From a virus: a DNA stretch of 64,000 bases. The first letter of the stretch is position 1. Every line of letters starts with the position of its first letter. Under the pieces are notes generated by a model. That model was not told the DNA's origin and searched no databases. It saw only the letters and a program-made list of their open reading frames with translations. Shown piece after piece: positions 9,396-18,215 of this stretch. The stretch is taken from the UHGV virus genome UHGV-0225074. One strand, 5' to 3'. A program made the translations under genes and the position numbers.

Positions 9396-9798
9396 GTTAG
9401 GAAAGCGTGGATATCCCGCACTATACCTCAAAGGCAGTAATGCTTGGTATACCGGGTATGCCCATGACTGGAAGATGGAAGATAAGGTGGATGTTTCCGA
9501 TCGTCATGAAATTCGCGAGCTGAAACTCCAGTACACTGGATTCAGTCGTGGTCGTTCTGCTGCGAATATTGAAATGGTCGATCAAGACGGGAACAAGTTC
9601 CTGATGTCAATGTCGGGGTTTGATTTGCTGATGAAGATAGTCGATGCACCAGAAAATGTCCAAAAAGCGGAAAAGCTTCGCGGATATGATATCCTCCGTA
9701 ACACCCATCATGGTGGTTCCGGTGTCTGGTACGTTGGTTCATTTTGTCAAACAAAACAAGGTCAGAACTATTTTATTGAACCTGTGGAGGTGAGATGA
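9388..9798 (+). CDS. hypothetical protein (136 aa)
   Basis: GAGGTGAGAT RBS. Confidence 0.4.
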   Translation: MAKLGKRGYPALYLKGSNAWYTGYAHDWKMEDKVDVSDRHEIRELKLQYTGFSRGRSAANIEMVDQDGNKFLMSMSGFDLLMKIVDAPENVQKAEKLRGYDILRNTHHGGSGVWYVGSFCQTKQGQNYFIEPVEVR

Positions 9799-9953
9799 TG
9801 AGCTTAGAAAAACGGTCTAAATATTTGGTTTTTAAGTTCTGGGAGATCATGTATGATGTCTGCTACTTTGTATTTGGAAACCTCCCGGTAACTTACGATG
9901 TCAAACATAAGATGAATATGGCGTATATGCGCTACCAAATGAAACGTGACTGA
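9795..9953 (+). CDS. small hypothetical protein (52 aa, MMSLEKRSKYLVFKFWEIMYDV...)
   Basis: ATGA-coupled to the upstream stop; below the 60-aa ORF-track cut-off; read manually. Confidence 0.3.
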   Translation: MMSLEKRSKYLVFKFWEIMYDVCYFVFGNLPVTYDVKHKMNMAYMRYQMKRD

Positions 9954-10058
9954 AAAACAGATGCTATGATACCCCGTATGATGCGTAGAAACGCCGTGGC
10001 GGGGTTTTTAGCACATAAGGTAGGCAAACGTACTGCCTTTGCATAAAACGCCTCAGGA

Positions 10059-10895
10059 TTGATTACAGGACGATATACAATGACCACTATTTTAAACACT
10101 CTTGAACTTATCCCTCATAACAAGGTTGGTTATGCTTTCCCAGATATGCAGAATGACCTTAAAAGGCTTTACCTTGATGCAGTATATGCCCTTGATGGTG
10201 TGGAATTCTCTGCTGACGAGGCTGACGAAAGGAATTTCGACCAAGCCAAGGAAAGTGTGAAAAGCGTACTTGATGACCTTAGACAATACGCTACAGGTTC
10301 AGAGGTTGAAGGGCTTCTGGATTATGCCAAGGACACTGAACGTGCCTTTGTTGAAAGAGGTGAGTTTGTACTCAATGCCATGCGCCGCCTGAACAAGTTC
10401 AGCGAGGATATTTTAGATATCGACAACACCTGGAACAGAGAAGACATTGCAAATGGTGTTGCCTGGATCGCAGAGCAACTAGGAGAGATGTTTGATGGAG
10501 GCTCCCATATACGGTACATGATGCAGAATCGTGGATGGCGAGACCTGTATCTTGATTACCTCGTGAACCTTGTCGGTAACCCGGTAGTAGAGGTGCTTGC
10601 ACATTATTCTTCTGCTCATGATTTGGTGTATGGTGTCGATGGTCGTATCAAGATTGCTGATAATACCGTTACACTTATGAATGGCCCTACTTCCTTGGTC
10701 CTTTCTCCTATTCCCGGTGATATGCGTATTGTTTACACAGTCCCAGGAAAGACAGAACGGTTCCTGATTTCTGTATTGAGCACATTTTTCATTGACATTT
10801 GTAATCCGACTCCAGATGAGATTCAAATGTATGAAATTTCTACAGGCACAACCTATGATATTATTAAATGGAAGGGTATTTTCAATCCCAGATGA
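10059..10895 (+). CDS. hypothetical protein (278 aa)
   Basis: Long ORF; its last 17 nt (CCAGATGAGATTCAAA) are repeated 77 bp upstream inside the gene. Confidence 0.45.
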   Translation: MITGRYTMTTILNTLELIPHNKVGYAFPDMQNDLKRLYLDAVYALDGVEFSADEADERNFDQAKESVKSVLDDLRQYATGSEVEGLLDYAKDTERAFVERGEFVLNAMRRLNKFSEDILDIDNTWNREDIANGVAWIAEQLGEMFDGGSHIRYMMQNRGWRDLYLDYLVNLVGNPVVEVLAHYSSAHDLVYGVDGRIKIADNTVTLMNGPTSLVLSPIPGDMRIVYTVPGKTERFLISVLSTFFIDICNPTPDEIQMYEISTGTTYDIIKWKGIFNPR

Positions 10896-11099
10896 GATTC
10901 AAAACTGTGTGATATTTGTATGATATTTAATATCCCAAAGATATTTTAAAATTCGAAATGGTTTTCAAAATCGTTTTTGAAACGGATTTCATCTTCCCTG
11001 CAAATTTTTAAATCAAGAGTTTTGGGAGTAGATTATCTCAAACCTTTGTGGGAGCTATGTCGAAAAATTATGCACAAGTGTATGATTGCTATAGGTATC

Positions 11100-11420
11100 T
11101 TGGCATCAAGATTGGACATTTATCTCAAATAGGTGAAAAAGATATCTCAAATTTTCAGGTAGAAAACTCTGGGTTCTCGATCGACTTTTCGTTTTCAAAA
11201 ACGTATTTGATCTCACTATCAAAAAATTTTTCTCGCTATCAACCGGGTTCTCGATCGGTTTTTCAAAATCGAGATCGTAATTGTTTTTTCTATAGAAAAA
11301 ATTTTTCGGCCCGGTTCTCGATCGAGATCTCAATTTCCAGATCGTATTTGTTTTCTTACGCGAAAAAATTTTTTAGGGGTATCGTTCAGTATCTCACACG
11401 AAAAATCAGAAGTCAATATT
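11100..11420. repeat. tandem degenerate iterons (3-4 units of ~65-70 bp) containing GGTTCTCGATCG, AAAAAATTTTTC and (G/T)ATCTCA motifs; dense GATC cluster
   Basis: GGTTCTCGATCG at 11172-11183, 11246-11257 and 11313-11324; at least 8 GATC in about 200 bp; the ORFs 11048..11464 and 11106..11333 here are low-complexity and likely spurious. Confidence 0.6.
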
Positions 11421-11520
11421 TAAATTTTTTGTTGAATGAGAAGCATTCTTATTTAGTTATTTGAATGATAATTATTATCATTTGCTGAATGACAGGCACC
11501 CCCGGTGTTTTGTACTCCGG

Positions 11521-11548
11521 TTTCAATGTTCCCGCTATGTGTATAATA
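11521..11548 (+). promoter_or_regulatory. candidate extended -10 promoter (TGTG-TATAAT)
   Basis: TATAAT at 11542-11547 immediately preceded by TGTG; weak -35 TTTCAA; faces a roughly 560-bp ORF-poor, hairpin-rich stretch. Confidence 0.35.
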
Positions 11549-12123
11549 TAGGATACACGACCCTAGGTTGCAAGCGTCTTTACAATTATTTACAAATATA
11601 CTTCAGGCGAGCTACCGGCGATCCACCTTCCAACCAGGTCGCCGCGCCTGGTATGTTAGCCCCGCCTTTTCGCCGTGGGGTGGCGTCTCTTATCCTGTCT
11701 GATAAATATAACCCAGGCCGGGGCCGTTTGCAAGCCCCGCGATAAAATATTTTTACTCCCAGGAGTCCGCGATCACTTCTCCATTTTCCGCAACAATTCT
11801 CCCCCTGGTAAATCCTGCATTATACATTTTCAACGCGAAGGGTAAAGGCACGATCCTAACCTGGGGCGCTGCGCTTTCCGTTTCCCAGGTGGAAAGGGTA
11901 ACCATTGTTTCACTCGTTATCACTTTTGCGTTTTCCATTTCGTTTACCTTTATTTGTGGGCGTCCTTATATAGTACACTAACCAGGCCGGGGCGCAAGCC
12001 CACACGAACAAAAATATTTTTAATTTATTTTCATCCAGGGTATTGACGCGGGGATCACTATCCCTTAAAGTTTATCACGTCGGGGCAATTCTCCCCACAA
12101 TAACCAACAAAAGAGGCTACAAT

Positions 12124-12291
12124 ATGAAAAACATTTCTTTTACTACCCGTGACCAGGCCCGCGCTTTTGCCCGTAATGTTAACAGCAAAGTAACCACGGC
12201 GGCGCGTTTACGTCAACCTGTTAAGGATGACGCGGGGCAATGGGTTATCCCTGGAATTAACCACGGCAAAACCTTATCCCTAGCTAAATAA
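12124..12291 (+). CDS. small basic protein (55 aa, MKNISFTTRDQARAFARNVNSK...)
   Basis: AGAGG RBS 7 nt before the ATG at 12124; preceded by a TTGACG-17-TAAAGT promoter-like sequence at 12044-12072. Confidence 0.4.
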   Translation: MKNISFTTRDQARAFARNVNSKVTTAARLRQPVKDDAGQWVIPGINHGKTLSLAK

Positions 12292-12384
12292 AATATTTTA
12301 CCCTGGGCGCTTGCTTTCAGTTAGCGCCTTTGCTAAAGTGTTTTCTCAGGCGGCAAGGGCCGCGCTAAATCGAGGTAAAAAGCA

Positions 12385-13170
12385 ATGTCTACGTTTAAAC
12401 TTAACAACGGTCTGGTAGTTAACTCTGAATCAGAGATCGTACATAGTGTACCGGGTAAAAAATCCACAGCAAGAAAGGGTTATGTATTATATAAAGGCCC
12501 GTCAGTTCTGGATAAGGCCCCGATCGTGGTCATTGCTACAATGTCAACCGCTAACGATAAAACCGGCGATATGATCCAGACCTGGATCATGCGGGAAGAT
12601 GTTAGCCCACTGGAAGCGAGCGCAAACAAGCTTGATTCATCCGTTTGCGGTATGTGTCCCCATCGTACCAGCTTAAACGGCGCTTGTTATGTGACGTTGC
12701 ACCAGGCCCCGCTATCGGTCTGGAAGTCTTACAAAAAAGGCAACTATAAAGATCTTGATTCTCGCGATCTGGTACATTTTGCGGGTCGTCATATTCGTTT
12801 AGGTTCCTACGGTGATCCGGCGGCGGTTCCTTTTGAGGTATGGCAAAACATGATCAACCATACGCAAGGTAATACGGGGTACACTCACCAGATCCACCAT
12901 AAGAATTTTGATCATCGTATCGCTACTATTTGCCAGATCTCCGCTGATACGGAAAAGCAAGCGATCACAGCATGGCGCAAGGGTTATAAAACTTTCCGCG
13001 TGAAAACTCCCAATATGCGACGCCTGGAAGGGGAGATCACTTGCGTTAATACCACTCACAATATTAGCTGTTTAGATTGCGGGCTATGCGATGGTAAACG
13101 CGCCAACGTCGTGATCGACGTTCACGGCAGATCCGCAAAAAGATTCGATAAATTCGAACGTATCATTTGA
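12385..13170 (+). CDS. hypothetical cysteine-rich protein (261 aa)
   Basis: GAGGTAAA RBS; multiple Cys pairs (CGMCPH, CLDCGLC). Confidence 0.5.
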   Translation: MSTFKLNNGLVVNSESEIVHSVPGKKSTARKGYVLYKGPSVLDKAPIVVIATMSTANDKTGDMIQTWIMREDVSPLEASANKLDSSVCGMCPHRTSLNGACYVTLHQAPLSVWKSYKKGNYKDLDSRDLVHFAGRHIRLGSYGDPAAVPFEVWQNMINHTQGNTGYTHQIHHKNFDHRIATICQISADTEKQAITAWRKGYKTFRVKTPNMRRLEGEITCVNTTHNISCLDCGLCDGKRANVVIDVHGRSAKRFDKFERII

Positions 13171-13196
13171 CACTAGGCCCGGAAAGGGCCTATAAT
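13167..13196 (+). promoter_or_regulatory. near-consensus sigma70 promoter TTGACA-18-TATAAT with a hairpin (AGGCCC-GGAAA-GGGCCT) in the spacer
   Basis: TTGACA at 13167-13172; TATAAT at 13191-13196. Confidence 0.55.
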
Positions 13197-13238
13197 TACC
13201 AGGCACCAACAAACTAAACACTAAACGAGGTAAATAAA

Positions 13239-13754
13239 ATGGGCTGGACCAGCATTTATTCTAATCTTAACAATAAAGAATTCGTAAAACACTATCTGAC
13301 AGATCCGCACGTTATTGATACCGCCATTGTGGGTAATGAAGTCTATCAACTTGCAATGACCGGAGATAAACAAAATCTTTACATCCGTGTAACTATCCTT
13401 TCCCGTAAAGATGGGCAAGTGTTCTATAAAGATATGGATGAATCTTGCGGCCCGTTTTATTACAAGTGTCCCTCACGTATCCTTAACAGATCGACACAAA
13501 ACGATCCAAGATCTATCGAGTGGCGCGGAATATGCCGCGAGCAAGCCCGATTGAAGAAAGAAAAGAATACTTTAAAAGACCAGATTAAGGCGCTTGCAAA
13601 AGGATCACGCGTGGAAATGGTATCCGGTCGTGTGGTTGTCTTTGAGTTCCCCCATAACCGCGCCCGATTTGCTGGACGTCTGGCGGATGTTGCACCAGGT
13701 AAACAAAATTCCCTTTTTGCATGGTCTTATAAAGACGTTGCAAAGATTCTTTAA
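13239..13754 (+). CDS. hypothetical protein (171 aa)
   Basis: GAGGTAAATAAA RBS. Confidence 0.5.
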   Translation: MGWTSIYSNLNNKEFVKHYLTDPHVIDTAIVGNEVYQLAMTGDKQNLYIRVTILSRKDGQVFYKDMDESCGPFYYKCPSRILNRSTQNDPRSIEWRGICREQARLKKEKNTLKDQIKALAKGSRVEMVSGRVVVFEFPHNRARFAGRLADVAPGKQNSLFAWSYKDVAKIL

Positions 13755-13813
13755 ACCGCTATACTGATTAAAGCCGGGGAATTGTCCCCGGCATAACCTA
13801 AAAGGTAAACAAA

Positions 13814-14191
13814 ATGGCTTACATGAATAAAGAAAAGAAAGCGAAAATTGTCGAAGCGGTGAAAGCTGTATTGCCAAAAGGTTGGAAAGCAACATTTGCG
13901 ATCCGTCACTATTCAACTATTGTTTGCACTATCCGATCCGCGCCGCTGGATCTCAAAGATGCCTTTCATCGTTCCCGTGATGATTGGGATTTTCTAACGA
14001 TCAATACCTATCACGCTGAAAAGCAATGTAAGAATAAAGATATCGCCGATAAATTAGAAAAAATCATTGCGGCGTTAAATCTTGATAATTACGATAACAG
14101 CGATATAATGACAGATTACTTTGATGTTGGTCATTATGTAGATCTTAAGTTCGGATCATGGGATAAGCCATTTAAAAACAGTGCTGCGTAA
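13814..14191 (+). CDS. hypothetical protein (125 aa)
   Basis: A hairpin CCGGGGA-ATTG-TCCCCGG followed by an AAAGGTAAACAAA RBS precedes the ATG. Confidence 0.5.
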   Translation: MAYMNKEKKAKIVEAVKAVLPKGWKATFAIRHYSTIVCTIRSAPLDLKDAFHRSRDDWDFLTINTYHAEKQCKNKDIADKLEKIIAALNLDNYDNSDIMTDYFDVGHYVDLKFGSWDKPFKNSAA

Positions 14192-14555
14192 TATGAAAGA
14201 ATTGTTGATTCTACTCATATTTTGTTATTATGCAAAAATCCACGCCAGGATCTGGCGTGTTATAAAATGGTTTTACTACTGGTACAGGGTTAAAACAATG
14301 TTCCATTATATAGAGTATCGCTTCCAGGGGGAGGAGTACCACACCAGGCGATCCGGGCCGTTGAATGATCTGGAGGGTAGCGGCCTGATATGTGAGATTA
14401 AACACCGGGGCGGCGTGGTCCTGGTACATAAAGAGGGATCCTTCGACTACATCGAAGAGCTGATCGAATATCGCAAAAAACAGATCGCAGAATGGCGAGC
14501 GGAAACATACAACCACAGAGGATCAAAATATGACAGCAAAAAGCCGCAACTTTGA
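14181..14555 (+). CDS. hypothetical protein (124 aa; hydrophobic N-terminus)
   Basis: Overlaps the upstream gene by 11 nt. Confidence 0.4.
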   Translation: MLRNMKELLILLIFCYYAKIHARIWRVIKWFYYWYRVKTMFHYIEYRFQGEEYHTRRSGPLNDLEGSGLICEIKHRGGVVLVHKEGSFDYIEELIEYRKKQIAEWRAETYNHRGSKYDSKKPQL

Positions 14556-14745
14556 GAAGATGACAAGCCAGCGTGATCGCCTTGCCTTTGGTGAGACTAA
14601 CGAGCGGCGCGAGCGTAACAACAAACGGCATAAGCCGGAACGGATCGCGGTTCAATGGTCGCCGGACCAGTATGATCCGAAGTTGAATAAACGCCTTGCG
14701 GATCGTAAGCGTAATTTGCAGCGATACGCCGTAGCAGGTGAATAA
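14530..14745 (+). CDS. small basic protein (71 aa, rich in Arg/Lys)
   Basis: Followed immediately by a canonical terminator. Confidence 0.4.
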   Translation: MTAKSRNFEKMTSQRDRLAFGETNERRERNNKRHKPERIAVQWSPDQYDPKLNKRLADRKRNLQRYAVAGE

Positions 14746-14748
14746 CCA

Positions 14749-14776
14749 GGCCGGGGAATTATCCCCGGTTTTTTTA
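14749..14776 (+). terminator. intrinsic terminator CCGGGGA-ATTA-TCCCCGG followed by T7
   Basis: Perfect 7-bp stem followed by TTTTTTT. Confidence 0.7.
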
Positions 14777-15078
14777 TGCAAAAAAGTGAATTTAGCGAGA
14801 TCTCAGCGTAGCAATGCACTTACCAGGGTTACAGATTGAAGCGCTTAGAATTGATTTGAGGGCGTTTTAGAGGGTATCCGATAACCGCGCCCCGCTAAAA
14901 ACGTCGCAAATTTAGTTTCATGCTGAAACTAATTGCATAATAGCGATTTTCTATGCATATCGCTGCATATGAGAACAGTTCTCAACAATTCTTAAAAATA
15001 TTTGTTGCATCCTGGCGGCGTTATGTTATCCTTTAATCAGTGGCGGAATTCACCGCCACACTGAAAAAGGTAAACAAC

Positions 15079-15363
15079 ATGCAAAACGTAAAATCTAACA
15101 TCGCCGCCCTTGAATCAGAATTCCTTGGTAAAATGGTTTATCATAACTATGGTCAAATCGCTTTTGGTGTGGTAACCGGAATCGATGACCGCGATCCAAA
15201 TAAATTACGTTTGCGTGTAAAGTTTACCCGCAACAATACTCCGGCGCATATCAAAAAATATGACAACCGCGCGGATCGTGTTCGTTGCTTACTCCCTCAA
15301 TCTGTTACCGTGTCCCGTGTTCAATATGGGATCTATAATCAGACAAACCAGATCAACAAATAA
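15079..15363 (+). CDS. hypothetical protein (94 aa, start at MQNVKSN)
   Basis: AAAAAGGTAAACAAC RBS; the upstream ATG at 15040 sits inside the hairpin GTGGCGG-AATTCA-CCGCCAC. Confidence 0.45.
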   Translation: MQNVKSNIAALESEFLGKMVYHNYGQIAFGVVTGIDDRDPNKLRLRVKFTRNNTPAHIKKYDNRADRVRCLLPQSVTVSRVQYGIYNQTNQINK

Positions 15364-15401
15364 TCAATAGCGGGGCCTTGCGCCCCATTAAGGCGGTTAA
15401 C

Positions 15402-15620
15402 ATGTTCGGATTTATTTTATTAGCTTGTCATATTTCTGTTAGTTCGATGTCATTACAATGTGATTGGACTGTAAAGAAAGTTTTTGATGACGAACAAGCT
15501 TGCGAAGTGTACGAAAACAGCTACACTTTGAAAAAGGGTGAGCAGGTGGGGATCTGCGATACGTTAGATCCTGGCGTCAAAGAGGGTGACAAGCGCCCGA
15601 TCATTACTCTGAAAAAATAA
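15402..15620 (+). CDS. small secreted or membrane-anchored cysteine-containing protein (72 aa)
   Basis: AAGGCGGTTAAC RBS; hydrophobic N-terminus MFGFILLACHISVSS; paralogous to the next gene. Confidence 0.4.
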   Translation: MFGFILLACHISVSSMSLQCDWTVKKVFDDEQACEVYENSYTLKKGEQVGICDTLDPGVKEGDKRPIITLKK

Positions 15621-15630
15621 GGCGGTTAAC

Positions 15631-15834
15631 ATGTTTGAAGTATTCGCGGGTATGTGTTTTTATAGTGCGCTGGCTTTAAAACAGTGTGACGATTATGTAG
15701 TAGAAAGCTATGATGATCAATTGACGTGCGAGATCGTCGCCGTTGACTATCAGCGCCAGGGGCGCTGGATTAATCCAGCGTGCATACCATCGCCGGAAGT
15801 CGAACCGATGCCGGAAAGCGAAAATAATCATTGA
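15631..15834 (+). CDS. paralog of the upstream small cysteine protein (67 aa)
   Basis: The same AAGGCGGTTAACATGTT leader; QCDDYVVESYDDQLTCEI aligns with QCDWTVKKVFDDEQACEV. Confidence 0.4.
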   Translation: MFEVFAGMCFYSALALKQCDDYVVESYDDQLTCEIVAVDYQRQGRWINPACIPSPEVEPMPESENNH

Positions 15835-15905
15835 TCCTCCGGCCCGGTTAGGTTATATTACTTGGACCGGGCAAGATTGGCCCACTAACAAAAAGGTAAA
15901 ATAGT

Positions 15906-16229
15906 ATGGAAAAGGCAAACAAATTTTTCTTTCTGGAAAATGTTAACGATAATGTTAATTGTGACTTTAATCGCCAGGGTGAAAAAACTATGTTAGTATT
16001 TTGTCATGAGAATGACAGCGAACAAGCGGACCGTTTAACTGTCCTGATCCGTACTGAAAAATCTATTCAATCCCATAGCGGAAAACTTGAAAACCGTCAT
16101 TTTATCGCCTACACTCTTGAAAGAAGCGGAGTAACAATAAAACAGGCTGACAGCCTGCCGATAACTACCCCGGATCTGGTCTGGATGTTTACAACTGCTA
16201 TTGTTAACGATGTTTTTCGTGCTAACTGA
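15906..16229 (+). CDS. hypothetical protein (107 aa)
   Basis: AAAAAGGTAAAATAGT RBS. Confidence 0.45.
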   Translation: MEKANKFFFLENVNDNVNCDFNRQGEKTMLVFCHENDSEQADRLTVLIRTEKSIQSHSGKLENRHFIAYTLERSGVTIKQADSLPITTPDLVWMFTTAIVNDVFRAN

Positions 16230-16245
16230 TTGAGAAAATTAATCT

Positions 16246-16280
16246 AAAAAGTCGCTTGCAAACGTGAGCGACTTTTATTA
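16246..16280 (+). terminator. intrinsic terminator (AAAAAGTCGCT-loop-AGCGACTTTT), possibly bidirectional
   Basis: 7-bp GC-containing stem flanked by an A-run and a T-run. Confidence 0.55.
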
Positions 16281-16335
16281 TGCTTAATGTGTAGGGCGGC
16301 AATGATGCGACGGCCCACAAATCGAGGTAAACAGA

Positions 16336-17106
16336 ATGACTACTAAAATCACCGTTACTTATTACATCGACTCCGGCAAGCTGAATGCAATGTATACCCT
16401 CCGCCGCCGTAACTGTGGTGGCGGCGTTTTTGCAGATTCTTACATTTGCAATCTTTCAACCGATCCCCAGAAAGCAGAAAATAAAGCAAAGGAATATTTT
16501 GATCGAGTAACCGCCCGGATCGCCAATACAGAAAACTTTGAGCAAGTTTTTGCAGGCTACGCGGATTTTGAGCTGGGGCAACGTCGCGGTAAATTGTCGA
16601 TCGTCGATACCGCGCGGATCGAAGAAATCGAAGCGGGGCGCTTTCCGTTTGGCAAGCATTGCGGTAAAACGTTTGCCGATGTTAAAGAATCCTATGTTTT
16701 ATTTTTTGCTGATATGGCAAACAAGCCAGACAACGGCCCGGTAATGGAAGCATTAAGCGCGGCATGTTTGGGTTATGCCCTTGATCATGGTTACATTGCA
16801 GCCCGTGACCAAAAACGCGCCGAGCGTAAAGCCGAGGATTTAAAAAGCAACTGGATCGGCAACATTGGCGATCGCCTGGTTTTTGAGGGTGAGATCGTTT
16901 TCTCCTATCTCAAAATTGATGAATGGAATCAATCATCATACTATATTATCAAAGTCCGCCAGGGTGATGACCTGGTAACATACATCGGATCAAAAGAGTT
17001 CGGCCCGGTTGGCGCGGTTGTTAAGTTTAAAGCCACCGTTAAAAAACATGATACCTATCAAGACGTTAAAACAACCGTTGTAAACCGTCCCGCCATTGTG
17101 GCATAA
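16336..17106 (+). CDS. hypothetical protein (256 aa)
   Basis: CGAGGTAAACAGA RBS. Confidence 0.5.
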   Translation: MTTKITVTYYIDSGKLNAMYTLRRRNCGGGVFADSYICNLSTDPQKAENKAKEYFDRVTARIANTENFEQVFAGYADFELGQRRGKLSIVDTARIEEIEAGRFPFGKHCGKTFADVKESYVLFFADMANKPDNGPVMEALSAACLGYALDHGYIAARDQKRAERKAEDLKSNWIGNIGDRLVFEGEIVFSYLKIDEWNQSSYYIIKVRQGDDLVTYIGSKEFGPVGAVVKFKATVKKHDTYQDVKTTVVNRPAIVA

Positions 17107-17117
17107 TGTACACCAGG

Positions 17118-17145
17118 CCCCGGATCGCCGGGGCAACTTTTACTG
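17118..17145 (+). terminator. hairpin CCCCGG-ATCG-CCGGGG followed by a T-rich run (weak terminator or RNA structure)
   Basis: Perfect 6-bp GC stem followed by CAACTTTTACT. Confidence 0.35.
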
Positions 17146-17158
17146 GTAAATGCAAATG

Positions 17159-17305
17159 ATACGTTTTCTCAATATGCGATCTGGTAAAATTTATCGCTGG
17201 ATTGAAAACCGTGTTTTAGTTGAAACGCCTAAAGGCTGGCGACGTGTAGATCACTTGCGCCCCGCCGATCTGGCTTGCTTTCCTTTCATGGGGATCAAAA
17301 AATGA
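17159..17305 (+). CDS. small protein (about 49 aa, MIRFLNMRSGKIYRWIENRV...)
   Basis: GGTAAA RBS; the stop overlaps the next start as ATGA at 17302-17305; read manually. Confidence 0.3.
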   Translation: MRFLNMRSGKIYRWIENRVLVETPKGWRRVDHLRPADLACFPFMGIKK

Positions 17306-17769
17306 TTAGTGTACGAATGTTTTATTACGATGAATTATCAGACCAGGCAAAAGCCGCCGCCCGCGCTAACGTTGTGATCCCCGAGGTGGAAGCACTGATC
17401 CGTAATGTTGGCAACGCTCGCCAGGCCTGGAAGGAAAACATTCACCGGGCAATTAATGACCCTTATCACGTCCGCCGGATCTACAATGGACAAATGGCGC
17501 TTTACAAAATCCGGCACCAGGGCGAGGCTTATTTGATACCCTACATCCGGCAAAACTGCACAATTTATCTGGCCGATGGATCATATGTTTACTATGATTG
17601 CAACAAAAAACGGATCGCTATTGTTAACAGTGGTTATCATGGATTATTACCCGACGATCTCCAGGTGGCGGCGCGTGATGAATATGTAAGAGTAAACGAT
17701 CGAGGCCCGGCATACTTTAGAAAATTATATTCCGACATTGCAAAGGCGAAGAGATCCGGCCTGGCATGA
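17302..17769 (+). CDS. hypothetical protein (155 aa, start at MISVRMFYYDEL)
   Basis: ORF 17275..17769; the ATG at 17302 is coupled to the upstream small ORF. Confidence 0.45.
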   Translation: MISVRMFYYDELSDQAKAAARANVVIPEVEALIRNVGNARQAWKENIHRAINDPYHVRRIYNGQMALYKIRHQGEAYLIPYIRQNCTIYLADGSYVYYDCNKKRIAIVNSGYHGLLPDDLQVAARDEYVRVNDRGPAYFRKLYSDIAKAKRSGLA

Positions 17770-17789
17770 TAGGCAAAATCTTTACAATT

Positions 17790-17820
17790 CCAGGGCTTGC
17801 TTTCGGTCCTGGTTTTTGCT
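17790..17820 (+). terminator. intrinsic terminator (CCAGG-13 nt loop-CCTGG followed by TTTTTGCTATTCTTTG)
   Basis: Stem-loop followed by a T-rich tract 20 nt after the stop. Confidence 0.5.
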
Positions 17821-18137
17821 ATTCTTTGTTTGAAGCGGCAACGATGGACACCGGAGGAAAGTCACCGGAGGTGCCCGCTATTCCGGTAATGAGAATTACT
17901 CTCAACAACGCCTAAAATCTTATGCAAAATAGTGAATATGGCGAGATCTCCGATAAAATGGACTAGGGTACAGCCTGGACGAAAAACCGCTTAAAACTCG
18001 TTACAGGGCGTTTAAAGGCCATATAAAAACAACTTGACACGGGAAAACGGCTAAAAAGTAATTTCACCATGAAATCAATTGCATAGCGATGCATAAAGAT
18101 GCAAAAAGTGAATAATGTAAAGATACGTAAAGAGCTA

Positions 18138-18166
18138 TTGACAGCGATCCCCGCTTATATTATTAT
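18138..18166 (+). promoter_or_regulatory. sigma70 promoter TTGACA-17-TATTAT
   Basis: TTGACA at 18138-18143; TATTAT at 18161-18166; 50 nt upstream of the GAGGTAAACGAAA RBS and the ATG at 18216. Confidence 0.55.
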
Positions 18167-18215
18167 TTATCTCGTAGGGCAAACAAACGAAAACAACTTA
18201 ACGAGGTAAACGAAA

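Noticed and set aside
11150-11360. Possible CRISPR array suggested by the regularly spaced GGTTCTCGATCG repeats
   Set aside because: There are only 3-4 degenerate units with variable spacing (74 and 67 bp). The spacers share further motifs with one another, there are no cas genes, and the context is a virulent phage. The array is more consistent with iterons.
11048-11745. ORFs 11048..11464 (+), 11106..11333 (-) and 11461..11745 (+) from the six-frame track
   Set aside because: They run through the tandem iterons or GC hairpins, have low-complexity translations (FSKTYLISLSKNFSRY...), and lack RBSs. I treat the region as non-coding.
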